Shown one piece after another: positions 8,210 through 17,710 of a DNA stretch of 64,000 nt. A program made the position numbers and the translations under genes. The DNA is taken from contig JAZDNV010000001.1 of assembly GCA_043799385.1 (NCBI GenBank), forward strand, positions 96,361-160,360. Direction: 5' to 3'. The notes below the pieces were generated by a model, which was not told the origin of the DNA, made no database searches, and saw nothing but the letters and a program-made list of their open reading frames with translations. This stretch comes from Candidatus Aenigmatarchaeota archaeon. Its GTDB lineage: Archaea; Aenigmatarchaeota; Aenigmatarchaeia; GW2011-AR5. Position 1 is the first letter of the stretch. Each line of letters opens with the position of its first letter.

Positions 8210-10195
8210 TCAGTAATAATCATCTGAGTAATAATCACCATAACCACCATCATAACCGCTGTCATAGCAGTTATCGCAATAATAATCATTGCCATCATAC
8301 TGGTAACCGCCATAGTATTGGTAATAATTGTCGTTGTAGTAATCACCGCCAGTGTACTGGTAACCGTCATCATAGCAGTTATCGCAATAGTAGTCGCCGC
8401 CATAGTAAGGATAATTGTAGTCGTAGCAATTGCTGCCATAACATCCACCACCGCAGTTGTAGCAATTCGGGTACGTTCCGCACTGACCCCAAGATGAACA
8501 GCTATAACCGCCGCAGTTGTATCCCTGGCATCCACCGCACGAATAGCAGTTAGGATAAGTTCCGCACTGACCCCAGTCCGAACATCTGTAATTATTGCAT
8601 GGCGGGGTGCATGTATTGCAATAACCGTTGCTACAACCGTAGCTGCAAGTCTCTATCAATCTTTTTTCATCACGTTCTATGCATGTCGTTCCAGAGCATG
8701 AATAATCCCTGTACGTTTGATAGACATTGTTATTGAAGCAGTATTTCGAGTCTATGAAACCATCCTTTGCGTTGCAGTCTACGCAGTTAGGAGAAACCCC
8801 GCACGAAGTATCAGTTCCGCTGCATGTCTGGCAGGTTTGGCACTGGCCGTTGCTGCAGGTGCTGCTGCACGTCTCGACTAATTTATCGGTTTCACTATAT
8901 GTGCATCCGTTGCCTGAACAGTAATAATCCCGATACTTCTGATAGACGTTGTTACCAGAGCAGAATCGCGAGCCTGTATATCCGTCATTGTTATTACAGT
9001 TGTTGCAGTTCGGATAAACGCCGCACGAATTGTCCGTTCCGCTGCACGACTGACACGTTGTGCACTGGCTATTACAGTAACCGTTGCTACAACCATTGCT
9101 GCAGTATTCTATGGATTTTTCGCTTTCGCTATAAGTGCAGCTGTTGCCTGAGCAATAGTAGTCCCGGTATTTCTGATAAACATTATTTCCGCTGCAATAT
9201 CGCGAACCTACGTATCCGTCACTTCTATCGCAATCAGATGATGAGCATGTCTGGCACTGGCTGCCCGAGCAAGAGCCGCAGCCGCTTCCACAACCGCCCG
9301 TGCACGATGTGCCTTGGCATCCGCAATTGCTGCCTGTGCATGGATACTGGTAAGGGTAATAGTTGTATAAGCATGAGCCACTGGAGCAACTGTATAGACA
9401 ATCCTCAACTAATTCTTCCTGCGAGGTCCAGCTTGAATAGCATTTGCCATTACTGCATCCGCGGTCGAAATAATTCCTTGAGTGATAAACATCATTGTTC
9501 TTGCAGTAGTTGCTGCCCCACAGGTCATAGCTGCTTGAGCTGCAGCTCTGCTTGAATTTGTTTATGTCAGTATACGTGCAATACGATGCAATTGTTCCAG
9601 GATTCACACACTTGTATGTCCTGTATTTCTGGTACACGTCGTTGCCGGAGCACTGCGTTTCATCAATCCAGTCACTCTTGCCGCAATCAGAGTCAGTACT
9701 GCAACCAATACATTCGCCGTTGCTGCATCTTGCGCAACTTTTGCAATTATCCTTTAACGTTCTCGTCTGCGTTGTTTTTTCAAAGCAACGGCCGTATTCA
9801 CAAGAATAATCGATAAATTCCTGGTCCCTGCATATGCACCTGTTATTGCCGTCACAGCAAGGATAGCTCTTGACGTCTACCCATTTATCCTTTGCGTTGC
9901 AATCCTCGACAATTTTGTTTGATTCGCTGAAAACGCAGCTTCCGTCTCTGCGTTGGTAATCCCTGTAAAACTGGTAAACATTTTCACCTGAGCAGAATTT
10001 TTCTCCGACAAAACTATCCAATTTGTTGCAATCATCGCATGTGATGGCATTGCAGACGTTGAATATACCTGAAACGCAACTTGCATTTTCGCACGTCTTC
10101 AATACGAATGCAGTTGGCGCCTGCGTATAAATCACATAGGCTATGCCAACGAACAACAGAATAAACACTATTGCGACCTTTGCTGCGTATTCCAT
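8210..10195 (-). CDS. membrane-anchored secreted cysteine-rich modular repeat protein with Tyr/Asp/Gly-rich C-terminal tail
   Basis: N-terminal TM/signal (VAIVFILLFVGIAYVIY). At least 5-6 tandem about 55-aa modules with consensus DGY.GSRYCSGNNVYQKYRDYYCSGN.CTYSE..K..E.CS..CSNG.C, the first two more divergent. Duplicated SDWGQCGTYPNCY.CGG motif; terminal about 60 aa composed almost only of Y, D, G, N, C. Confidence 0.6.
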   Translation of the reverse strand: MEYAAKVAIVFILLFVGIAYVIYTQAPTAFVLKTCENASCVSGIFNVCNAITCDDCNKLDSFVGEKFCSGENVYQFYRDYQRRDGSCVFSESNKIVEDCNAKDKWVDVKSYPCCDGNNRCICRDQEFIDYSCEYGRCFEKTTQTRTLKDNCKSCARCSNGECIGCSTDSDCGKSDWIDETQCSGNDVYQKYRTYKCVNPGTIASYCTYTDINKFKQSCSSSSYDLWGSNYCKNNDVYHSRNYFDRGCSNGKCYSSWTSQEELVEDCLYSCSSGSCLYNYYPYQYPCTGSNCGCQGTSCTGGCGSGCGSCSGSQCQTCSSSDCDRSDGYVGSRYCSGNNVYQKYRDYYCSGNSCTYSESEKSIEYCSNGCSNGYCNSQCTTCQSCSGTDNSCGVYPNCNNCNNNDGYTGSRFCSGNNVYQKYRDYYCSGNGCTYSETDKLVETCSSTCSNGQCQTCQTCSGTDTSCGVSPNCVDCNAKDGFIDSKYCFNNNVYQTYRDYSCSGTTCIERDEKRLIETCSYGCSNGYCNTCTPPCNNYRCSDWGQCGTYPNCYSCGGCQGYNCGGYSCSSWGQCGTYPNCYNCGGGCYGSNCYDYNYPYYGGDYYCDNCYDDGYQYTGGDYYNDNYYQYYGGYQYDGNDYYCDNCYDSGYDGGYGDYYSDDYY

Positions 10196-10285
10196 AAAGG
10201 AATTAAAACGGAAAACTTTTTATAACTATTTAGAGACAATTTTGTAATGTTCTCGTAATTGAAAAGCATCACGCTGGAAGCACAA

Positions 10286-11566
10286 CTATTTTTTCCCTAT
10301 CTTTTCGAAGCCGCAGTAAGGCTGCAACGCTTTAGGAATAAGAATCGAGCCATCGCTTTGCTGGTGTTGCTCTATTATGGCTATCATCGTGCGACTTGTG
10401 GCCATGGCCGTGTTGTTTAGCGTATGGACAAAACCGATTGGTGCTGTTCCTGCTTTTTCACGATAGCGAATTCCTAGGCGTCTTGCCTGATAATCCGTGC
10501 AGTTTGAGTTAGAACCGATTTCGCGGTATTTGCCGTCAGCCATCCATACGTCTGTATCGTACTTCTTTGCAGCTATGGTGCCTATGTCGCCTGTGCAGAC
10601 GTTTACGACACGATAATGCAAACCAAGAGCCTGATACAAGTCTTCGCAGTTTTTCTGCAACTCCTCGTGCAATTTCCATGACTGCTCTGGTAGGCAGAAT
10701 ATGAACTGCTCTATCTTGTTGAACTGGTGCATGCGGAAAAGGCCTTTCGTGTATTTTCCATGAGAACCGATTTCCTTTCTGAAGCACGGAGAAACGCCAA
10801 TGAGCTTTAATGGCAGACGATCTTTTTCCAAAACATCATTCATGAGCATCGATCCAAGCGGATGCTCGGCCGTTGCAATGAGATACATCGGCTCCTTCTC
10901 TATCTTGTAGGTGACCATCTCGAAGTCACTTGGGTCTATCATGCCCTCATATGCTTTTCGATTTATCATGAAAGGCGGTTCTATTAGTACGTAACCGCGT
11001 TTTCTAAGCATGTCTATTGCAAACCTTTGTATGGCAAAATCCAGAATCACCAATTCTTCTTTCAGGTAGAAGAAGCCTGTACCAGAAACTTTAGCCGCTC
11101 GTTCCGAGTCAATTAATCCGAGTTTCTCGAGAATTTCCATATGGTTTTTTGGCTCGAACGAAAACCTAGGAGGGTTGCCCCATTTTCTTATTTCGACGTT
11201 GTCGTTCTCATCTTTGCCTATAGGCACCGAATCGTGCAGCATGTTCGGCAGGCGCATAAGGATAGAGTTGCATTTTTCATTCATCGATGCTAGTTCATCG
11301 TCCAGTTTTTTTATCTTATCCGGAATCTCCTTTACATCCTTCATCTTTGCAGAAACGGACTTTCCTTTTGCCTTGAGGTCTGCAATCTCCTTTGTTACCG
11401 TATTCCGCAATTGCTTCAGCTTTTCTACCTTCTGAATCACATCTCTTTTCTCTTCATCGTGCTTTATCAGCTCGTTAAGAAGTTTCAATTTTTCCGTATC
11501 ATGCCTTTTCTTCAGGTTCTCTTCCACCAATTTCGGGTTTTCTCTAATCAGCTTTATGTCTAACAT
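10286..11566 (-). CDS. serS: seryl-tRNA synthetase
   Basis: N-terminal coiled-coil arm (MLDIKLIRENPKLVEENLKKR), class II core motifs, 426 aa. Confidence 0.9.
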   Translation of the reverse strand: MLDIKLIRENPKLVEENLKKRHDTEKLKLLNELIKHDEEKRDVIQKVEKLKQLRNTVTKEIADLKAKGKSVSAKMKDVKEIPDKIKKLDDELASMNEKCNSILMRLPNMLHDSVPIGKDENDNVEIRKWGNPPRFSFEPKNHMEILEKLGLIDSERAAKVSGTGFFYLKEELVILDFAIQRFAIDMLRKRGYVLIEPPFMINRKAYEGMIDPSDFEMVTYKIEKEPMYLIATAEHPLGSMLMNDVLEKDRLPLKLIGVSPCFRKEIGSHGKYTKGLFRMHQFNKIEQFIFCLPEQSWKLHEELQKNCEDLYQALGLHYRVVNVCTGDIGTIAAKKYDTDVWMADGKYREIGSNSNCTDYQARRLGIRYREKAGTAPIGFVHTLNNTAMATSRTMIAIIEQHQQSDGSILIPKALQPYCGFEKIGKK

Positions 11567-11570
11567 AAAA

Positions 11571-12650
11571 TCATCTCGTTATCTCCTGCTTTCTTACGAA
11601 ATCATATAGATCTTTTGCTTTTCCCATCTCAAAATGCTCCCTCACCGGTTTTATCATCATATCCAAATAGTTTGCAGTCGCTGATTTCAGGTCAGAAGGG
11701 TGTAATTGGCCGTTGGCGAAGGCGTTTTCTAATTCCTTGTAATCGTAAAATTCTATATCACCTCCGAATTTCTCTGCCCGCTCGACTTTCATGCTTTTGA
11801 ATTTTCTGAATACAAGCTCTTTGCAATACTCCAGTACAGGATTATCAATATGCTTTGCCGGGCAGAATGCTGACTGTATCTTTTTTGCTATTTCATCCTT
11901 TGAGTCATGAACAAATATGGCTGTCTGCGGCTTGCTTTTACTCATCTTTGATGAAATTTCTGTATCTATCTTTTTGCTATCTTCAAACCCTTCAGGCTTT
12001 TTTACGCCTTCCAGACCCATGAGCATATGATGTGAGACTACAACAGGCTTCCACAAACCAAGCTTAGGACCGACCTCTCGTGCCAGTATATTTGCTCGTC
12101 TCTGGTCGACTCCGAGTTGGCATATATCCGCGCCTAATGCAAAAATATCTGCGGTTTGCATCATTGGATAGAAATATTGTGCAACCTCTTGCATCTCTCC
12201 CTGTGTGCGGCCCATTATAGTGAGCATCCTGTTAGCGCGATTAACCGTAGTGTTCTTGGAGATTAGGATTACTTTTTCCCAGTATGCCCTATCTGCCATT
12301 ACATCAGAAGCCCAGACAAATTCAACTCCCTTGCCGACGCCTGCGGCCTTCCAAACCTCAATGAAATATTCACCAACCTTTCTTATCTTCTCCAGGTCTC
12401 CGCCCATCTTGTTGTTCAACCAACCAAACCAGTCTGCTATGTAAAGCTTGAAATGCACGCCTGCTTTCACCAAATCCTGTAGGAGCAACGGCCTGTAAAC
12501 GCCGAACGGTAGGTGCGCCAGTCCTGATGGTTCAAAGCCGTCATAGGCAATCGGATGATTCTTTGTCTGCAACAATTCGCGAAGTTCCTGCTCTGTTATG
12601 ACTTCTTCGGCTACGCCTTTCACTAGCCGTAACCTTTCTTCTACGTCCAT
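11571..12650 (-). CDS. tyrS: tyrosyl-tRNA synthetase (archaeal type)
   Basis: Class I KMSKS motif; GFEPSG region; C-terminal half aligns closely with archaeal TyrRS (AEKFGGDIEFYDYKELENAFANGQLHPSDLK versus the M. jannaschii TyrRS pattern PEKFGGDL...ELHPMDLK, recalled from memory). Confidence 0.8.
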   Translation of the reverse strand: MDVEERLRLVKGVAEEVITEQELRELLQTKNHPIAYDGFEPSGLAHLPFGVYRPLLLQDLVKAGVHFKLYIADWFGWLNNKMGGDLEKIRKVGEYFIEVWKAAGVGKGVEFVWASDVMADRAYWEKVILISKNTTVNRANRMLTIMGRTQGEMQEVAQYFYPMMQTADIFALGADICQLGVDQRRANILAREVGPKLGLWKPVVVSHHMLMGLEGVKKPEGFEDSKKIDTEISSKMSKSKPQTAIFVHDSKDEIAKKIQSAFCPAKHIDNPVLEYCKELVFRKFKSMKVERAEKFGGDIEFYDYKELENAFANGQLHPSDLKSATANYLDMMIKPVREHFEMGKAKDLYDFVRKQEITR

Positions 12651-12683
12651 CGAACCACTATTATTTATTTTGCAACACGAAGT

Positions 12684-13091
12684 TTATAAAAACCCCGCAC
12701 TGACTTTCTTATGCGGTTCGCGAGAGTAGATGTGCGGCGCCTTTTCTATAAGCTTGTCTGATTCCTCTTGCGTAACTAGCATTGCCGTTTCCAATTTTTC
12801 CACGTCACGTATGCCTTCATACGGTCTTGCTGCCCTGCTAGGAACCAGACAGTATACTATAACCTTATGGGTTTTATCAGGCAATTCATTGCCATTGCAG
12901 TCGAACGACATTGTATGTTGGCTACCGTCGTTTCTGTAAACAGCCATAACAGTGTTGCCTGTTGGGTATACGTCAATTGGGCATACTGCTCCAGGATGCC
13001 TTTCAAGCACCTTTCTTACAACCTTTTCGCGCACATCAAGTGCCATATTCATGATATCACCTCGTTTTTTATTGGATGAAATAAAAATCAA
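12684..13091 (-). CDS. hypothetical protein (about 120-135 aa)
   Basis: ORF with several Cys/His; real start may be the internal MNMALD; no family recognised. Confidence 0.35.
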   Translation of the reverse strand: MIFISSNKKRGDIMNMALDVREKVVRKVLERHPGAVCPIDVYPTGNTVMAVYRNDGSQHTMSFDCNGNELPDKTHKVIVYCLVPSRAARPYEGIRDVEKLETAMLVTQEESDKLIEKAPHIYSREPHKKVSAGFL

Positions 13092-13347
13092 TTTCGGAAT
13101 TAAAGGCAGTTTTTAATGCTTTCGGAGGGAGCAGGTGACTGAAACCGAAGAAAGCGTTTATTTCTGCCTCAACTATCAGGCATAGAAATAACTATAGGAA
13201 AAGCTAAACCAGGATTTGTTATTTACGTTAGCTTTCATTCAAATCTCCTTTCATACCCTTTAACACAAAAATTTAAATATCAATACTTAAGCGCATCATG
13301 AAATAGCAAGCTTTTTTACCTGACAGTTCAATTAATTCAAGATAGTT

Positions 13348-14589
13348 ATGGAGATCAAAATACTCGGTTCTGGCCGCGAAGTAGGCAAGAGCGCGATACT
13401 GGTAAGCGACAAGAAAACTGACATAGTGATGGATTACGGCGTCAAGCTGCAGCCAGAGCCGCCGACCTATCCGATAAGGCCTAATAAAATCGATGCAGCA
13501 ATACTCACTCATGCGCATCTGGACCACTCAGGCGGATTGCCTATTCTTCACAAAAAATGGAGGAAGCCTTTATTCATGAACACGGTTACGCTAGAATTGA
13601 TAGAAATGCTCGTTTCAGATTCGATTAAGATTGCAAGGAAAGAAGGCTATTCAATACCATTTTCAAAGAACGACCTGAGGAGGATGATAAAGAACACAAA
13701 GATCGTGAACTACAATGAACAATTTCGCGTGGGCGATTTTAATTGCTCGCTCTATGACTCAGGCCATATACCAGGTTCATCGTCCATTCTTCTCGAAAAC
13801 AAGAAAAGAATTTTCTATACAGGTGATATACAGACGGTTGACTCTAATCTTCTCAGGGCGTGCAGATTACCGGATAAAGCCGATGTATTGATAACAGAAT
13901 CAACGTACAGCTACAAGGACCATCCGAAAAAAGAAGGGGAAGAAGAACGATTCTTAGCATCAATAGAAGAGTCGATGGCAAACGAGGAGTTTGCGCTCGT
14001 GCCGGTATTTGCTGTCGGCAGAGCGCAGGAAGTTCTGCTGATTCTTGAAAAATATGCAAACAAAATTGCATTGGACGGAATGGCAAAAGGCGCGAGCGAA
14101 TTGATCGCGAGTTACGGCAGCTATCTGAGGGATGCAAAACGTTTCAAAAAAATACTTGGAAAGGTTCATTGGGTAAAAACCAGAGAAGAACGTGAAAGGG
14201 CGTTGAAGAGATATCCGATAATACTCTCGTCTGCTGGTTTGTTGGGTGGAGGGCCAATCGTGCATTATCTTCGCGAGATAAAACATAAACCAGAGAGCAA
14301 GGTGATATTCACAGGTTTTCTTATAGAAGACACGCCAGGCGCTAACTTGATACAGACAAAGATATTCGAGAACTCGGAAGAAAAGTTCAAGGTGCATTGC
14401 AAGCTGGAGCAATACGACATGAGCGCGCACACCGACCGCACGGGTTTGTTTGGAATAATAGAAAAACTAAAGCCATCTCAGGTTGTGTGCGTCCACGGCG
14501 AAAAATGTGAAGAGTTCGCATTCGATATTGAGCAGAAATTCGGAATAAGCGCAGTCGCACCGAAGAACGGTGAAACGATTAGAGTATAA
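13348..14589 (+). CDS. beta-CASP metallo-beta-lactamase ribonuclease (aCPSF2-like, no KH domains)
   Basis: MBL motif HAHLDHSG near N-terminus, beta-CASP-length insert, 413 aa typical of archaeal aCPSF2. Confidence 0.75.
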   Translation: MEIKILGSGREVGKSAILVSDKKTDIVMDYGVKLQPEPPTYPIRPNKIDAAILTHAHLDHSGGLPILHKKWRKPLFMNTVTLELIEMLVSDSIKIARKEGYSIPFSKNDLRRMIKNTKIVNYNEQFRVGDFNCSLYDSGHIPGSSSILLENKKRIFYTGDIQTVDSNLLRACRLPDKADVLITESTYSYKDHPKKEGEEERFLASIEESMANEEFALVPVFAVGRAQEVLLILEKYANKIALDGMAKGASELIASYGSYLRDAKRFKKILGKVHWVKTREERERALKRYPIILSSAGLLGGGPIVHYLREIKHKPESKVIFTGFLIEDTPGANLIQTKIFENSEEKFKVHCKLEQYDMSAHTDRTGLFGIIEKLKPSQVVCVHGEKCEEFAFDIEQKFGISAVAPKNGETIRV

Positions 14590-14592
14590 CTC

Positions 14593-15438
14593 CTACATTC
14601 TCCAGAAATCCATATAAGGTTTTGCCGTATTATTGTCTATTTCTGCAATGATAAAATGTCTAGAAAAATCCAATTCCTTGCGAACTATTCTTAATTTCGG
14701 AAGTATCACTCCTACACCACCATCCGAGCCTTTAATAAAAACCGGTATCGCGCCATTATAGAATACGTATCCAACAACATCTCTATATTTATCATAACTA
14801 GTGCCATGCTCATTTTGTTTGCCGTGATTGACAACGAGAATATTCTCTATCGTATCGTTTCTGACCGTAGTAAATATATGTCTTCCGTTATTTGTAAGAC
14901 AGTCATACTCTCTTATGAAAACCACAGGTTCTAAAATTATACCGCTTTCGCGATCTACACCTAAATGCCTTACGACTATAATATCGTCCTTTCTGACATT
15001 TTCTATAATCTCCCTCTTTTGCCCGGCTAGCCCTCCTGAATAAAACGATGTCAAGTTGCCCGATCTAGTAGTGCCGTCTGAAGATAGAAAGTCAACCGAT
15101 TTTTTGTAACCACTGATACCTTTTACAACGCCCCTGAAGATAGAAGGATGACGGTCAAACTCTTCGTATGCAATCTTAGATAGCCATTCTTCATAAGGAT
15201 TCAATTTTGTTGCAGCTGTTATATGAACATCATCCGAAATTTCTTCAGTCTTGAGTGAAAAATAATTGCCGGAAGTTTTATGCTCAACCATTCCAGGTCC
15301 AGTATATGACGAAAGAAATTTTTGCAAGACTTGCTTTGTAGCGGTTTTTAGTTCGGGTATTTTCTGCCTTAGGTTGTCGTATGTTATCTGTTCGCCACGT
15401 TTATAACATTTGGATAAATCAATCACAGGTAATGACAT
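14593..15438 (-). CDS. hypothetical protein, possibly degenerate metallophosphoesterase-like
   Basis: 281 aa; weak VVNHG and VVRHLG motifs reminiscent of calcineurin-like phosphoesterases; divergent from rtcA. Confidence 0.35.
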   Translation of the reverse strand: MSLPVIDLSKCYKRGEQITYDNLRQKIPELKTATKQVLQKFLSSYTGPGMVEHKTSGNYFSLKTEEISDDVHITAATKLNPYEEWLSKIAYEEFDRHPSIFRGVVKGISGYKKSVDFLSSDGTTRSGNLTSFYSGGLAGQKREIIENVRKDDIIVVRHLGVDRESGIILEPVVFIREYDCLTNNGRHIFTTVRNDTIENILVVNHGKQNEHGTSYDKYRDVVGYVFYNGAIPVFIKGSDGGVGVILPKLRIVRKELDFSRHFIIAEIDNNTAKPYMDFWRM

Positions 15439-15490
15439 ACAAAATCGATATCTAAAATCTTTTTAAATATACTAATTCCGATATCAAAAT

Positions 15491-16522
15491 ATGATAGAGA
15501 TAGACGGCAGCCATGGCGAGGGCGGCGGACAGATTTTGCGGACAGCAATAGCGCTGTCTGCGATTACTGGGAAGCCTTGTAAAGTATACGAGATAAGAGC
15601 CAATCGTTCTAGACCAGGATTACAGGCGCAGCATCTGGCTGCGCTGAACGCTGTTGGGAAATTATGCAACGCCGAGATTATCGGCAATGAGCTTGGCTCA
15701 ACGGAAATCGAATTTATTCCGCATGAGATAAAAGGCGGGTCGCTGTCGATAAACGTTGGCACGGCTGGTTCGACTGCGCTCGTTCTTCAGGCGTTACTGA
15801 TTCCGGCTTTTCATTGCAAAAAGCCTTTGGACATAAGCATAACTGGTGGAACGCTGAACAAATGGGCTCCATCTATATATTACCTACAGAACATCACATT
15901 AACACTGTTCAGAAAGCTCGGTTGCAATGCAGAGATAATATTACACAAACACGGTTTCTATCCAAAAGGCGGCGGCATTGTCGAAGCAAAAATAACGCCT
16001 AGTACAGTTCGTGCTATTGAACTTATCAAGAGTGGCAAAGTTCTGGAAATAAGCGGTCTATGCTTGGCTAGTGAAGATTTGCAGAACGATAAAGTCGCTG
16101 AGCGAATGCAGAAGGTAGCGCGACAGGGCGTATTTCGCGAGTTCCAGCTTAGCCCGAAGATCAAGACAGAGTATGCGCAGAGCGAGAGCACAGGATGTGG
16201 AATAGATATCATCGCTGTCTGCGAAAACACAATAATTGGTGCTAACGCGATTGGTGAACCGGGCAAACGCGCTGAAAAAGTCGCGACCGAGGCGTTAGCT
16301 GAATTGATTGAATTCCACAGCAGTGATGCGACGTTAGACAAGCACATGGCTGACCAGATAATCCCTTACATGGCATTAGGCACGGCTAATGACAAAAAAG
16401 AGAGTATGGTAAAAGTCGTTGAGATTACCGAGCACACGAGAACGAACGTCTGGGTTGTTGAGAAATTCCTGTCAGTGAAGTTCGAGATAAATGAAAAGGA
16501 AAAAACAATTAGTTGCAAATGA
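15491..16522 (+). CDS. rtcA: RNA 3'-terminal phosphate cyclase
   Basis: N-terminus MIEIDGSHGEGGGQILRTAIALSAITGKP matches the RtcA signature; 343 aa. Confidence 0.85.
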   Translation: MIEIDGSHGEGGGQILRTAIALSAITGKPCKVYEIRANRSRPGLQAQHLAALNAVGKLCNAEIIGNELGSTEIEFIPHEIKGGSLSINVGTAGSTALVLQALLIPAFHCKKPLDISITGGTLNKWAPSIYYLQNITLTLFRKLGCNAEIILHKHGFYPKGGGIVEAKITPSTVRAIELIKSGKVLEISGLCLASEDLQNDKVAERMQKVARQGVFREFQLSPKIKTEYAQSESTGCGIDIIAVCENTIIGANAIGEPGKRAEKVATEALAELIEFHSSDATLDKHMADQIIPYMALGTANDKKESMVKVVEITEHTRTNVWVVEKFLSVKFEINEKEKTISCK

Positions 16523-16984
16523 TTACTTTATCGGTACCTTCTTTTTCTTCTTCTCTTCCGGATGTAGTTTTGGCAGAGTAACTGTGAGCAGGCCGTCCTC
16601 CAGTTTCGCGTCTGCATTTTCAGGGTCAACGTTTTTCGGCAATGAGAACGCTCGCCTTATCGCTCCGGATGACCGCTCGTGCATGTAGGATTTCTCCGTC
16701 CTTTCTATTTTTTCCTCCTTCTTTGCCGCAGCTATCTCTATAAAATTTTCTGTGACATTAAGGCTTATCTCATCCTTTTTGAAGCCCGGCAGCTCTGCCC
16801 TTATTACTACCTTCTTGTCAGTTTCACCCATGCTTATCGGTATCGTCTTCTCGAAACTGGCCTCAGGAAATTTTATTCCCGGGAAAGTGAATCTGAGTTC
16901 AAATGGGTCGTTGAAATCCTTTTTTATATTTTCAATTGGCTCCTCCCAGAAGAAACGGAATTCCTTTTCTTTCTTCTTTTTCAT
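16523..16984 (-). CDS. small heat shock protein, Hsp20/alpha-crystallin family
   Basis: Alpha-crystallin domain (VIRAELPGFKKDEISLNVTENFIEI...LEDGLLTVTLPK); 153 aa. Confidence 0.8.
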   Translation of the reverse strand: MKKKKEKEFRFFWEEPIENIKKDFNDPFELRFTFPGIKFPEASFEKTIPISMGETDKKVVIRAELPGFKKDEISLNVTENFIEIAAAKKEEKIERTEKSYMHERSSGAIRRAFSLPKNVDPENADAKLEDGLLTVTLPKLHPEEKKKKKVPIK

Positions 16985-17034
16985 GCGTTCACCAATAAAT
17001 CTAGGACAAGCAAAAATTCTTAAGGCTTGTGTAA

Positions 17035-17688
17035 TCAGAAGAATTCTTTTTCATCGTTTGCGACAATCATCTGCTTTATCAGGAAGTCCACACCGCCTAC
17101 CTTAGGCATACCATGGCCTGGCAGAAGATAGGACACAGGGTATTTTGCCAATTTCTTTAGCGAGTTGCAAAGCTTGTACTTGCTACCGCCTGGAAAATCG
17201 GTTCTGCCGATGCCGTCTTCAAATAACGTGTCTCCGGATATTAATATCTTCTTTTCTTTTTCATAAAGGCATATCGATCCAGGCGTATGACCAGGAGTCG
17301 ATATCACTTCAAACGTGAAGTTTGCCGTCCTTATCATACTGCCGTTCTTCAATACACGGTCAACGGTAGTGACTCTGGCCACTTCGCCGAACATCTCGGA
17401 TAAAGTATCTATGCCACTTTCCAGCGATTCTTTGTCGTTTTCATGTATTGCAATTTCCGTCTTGAGCCAATCGCGAAATTTTCTGTTCGCGCCAGAATGG
17501 TCGTAGTGGCAATGTGTATTCACAATATATTTGATATTGCTGACATCGCACAATCTTGATATTTCTTCCTTTATTTCCGAAAAGAACAAACCGCTGCCAG
17601 AGTCGACGATGAGTTCGCCATCAATCAGATAAATATTAGAATCATACCCTACTCCGCCCATCATTATGATTCCCTTCAAAATCTGCAT
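17035..17688 (-). CDS. MBL-fold metallo-hydrolase (glyoxalase II-like)
   Basis: HCHYDHSG, TPGHTPGS, ISGDTLF and LLPGHG motifs of the metallo-beta-lactamase superfamily; 217 aa. Confidence 0.75.
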   Translation of the reverse strand: MQILKGIIMMGGVGYDSNIYLIDGELIVDSGSGLFFSEIKEEISRLCDVSNIKYIVNTHCHYDHSGANRKFRDWLKTEIAIHENDKESLESGIDTLSEMFGEVARVTTVDRVLKNGSMIRTANFTFEVISTPGHTPGSICLYEKEKKILISGDTLFEDGIGRTDFPGGSKYKLCNSLKKLAKYPVSYLLPGHGMPKVGGVDFLIKQMIVANDEKEFF

Positions 17689-17710
17689 GATAATACTATT
17701 CCACTAATTT

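Noticed and set aside
8176-8535. 119-aa ORF rich in Thr/Ala/Ile/Met overlapping the 3' end of the Cys-rich protein gene
   Set aside because: It is an alternative reading frame of the Tyr/Asp/Gly low-complexity tail (GAT/TAT/GGT-rich repeats translate to T/A/I/M in another frame). No start context or independent signal; considered a frame artefact.
8824-9555. 243-aa Cys/Ser/Arg-rich ORF on the plus strand inside the Cys-rich protein gene
   Set aside because: Reverse-complement shadow frame of a repetitive Cys-codon-rich (TGC/TGT) gene: GCA/ACA on the opposite strand yields Cys/Ser runs. Composition-driven artefact.
13092-13347. 256-nt intergenic region between the hypothetical gene and the beta-CASP RNase - considered as possible small RNA (SRP/RNase P-like)
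   Set aside because: Too short for RNase P RNA. No convincing conserved SRP Alu/S-domain motifs or extended helices seen by eye. More simply a divergent promoter region with several TATA-like boxes.
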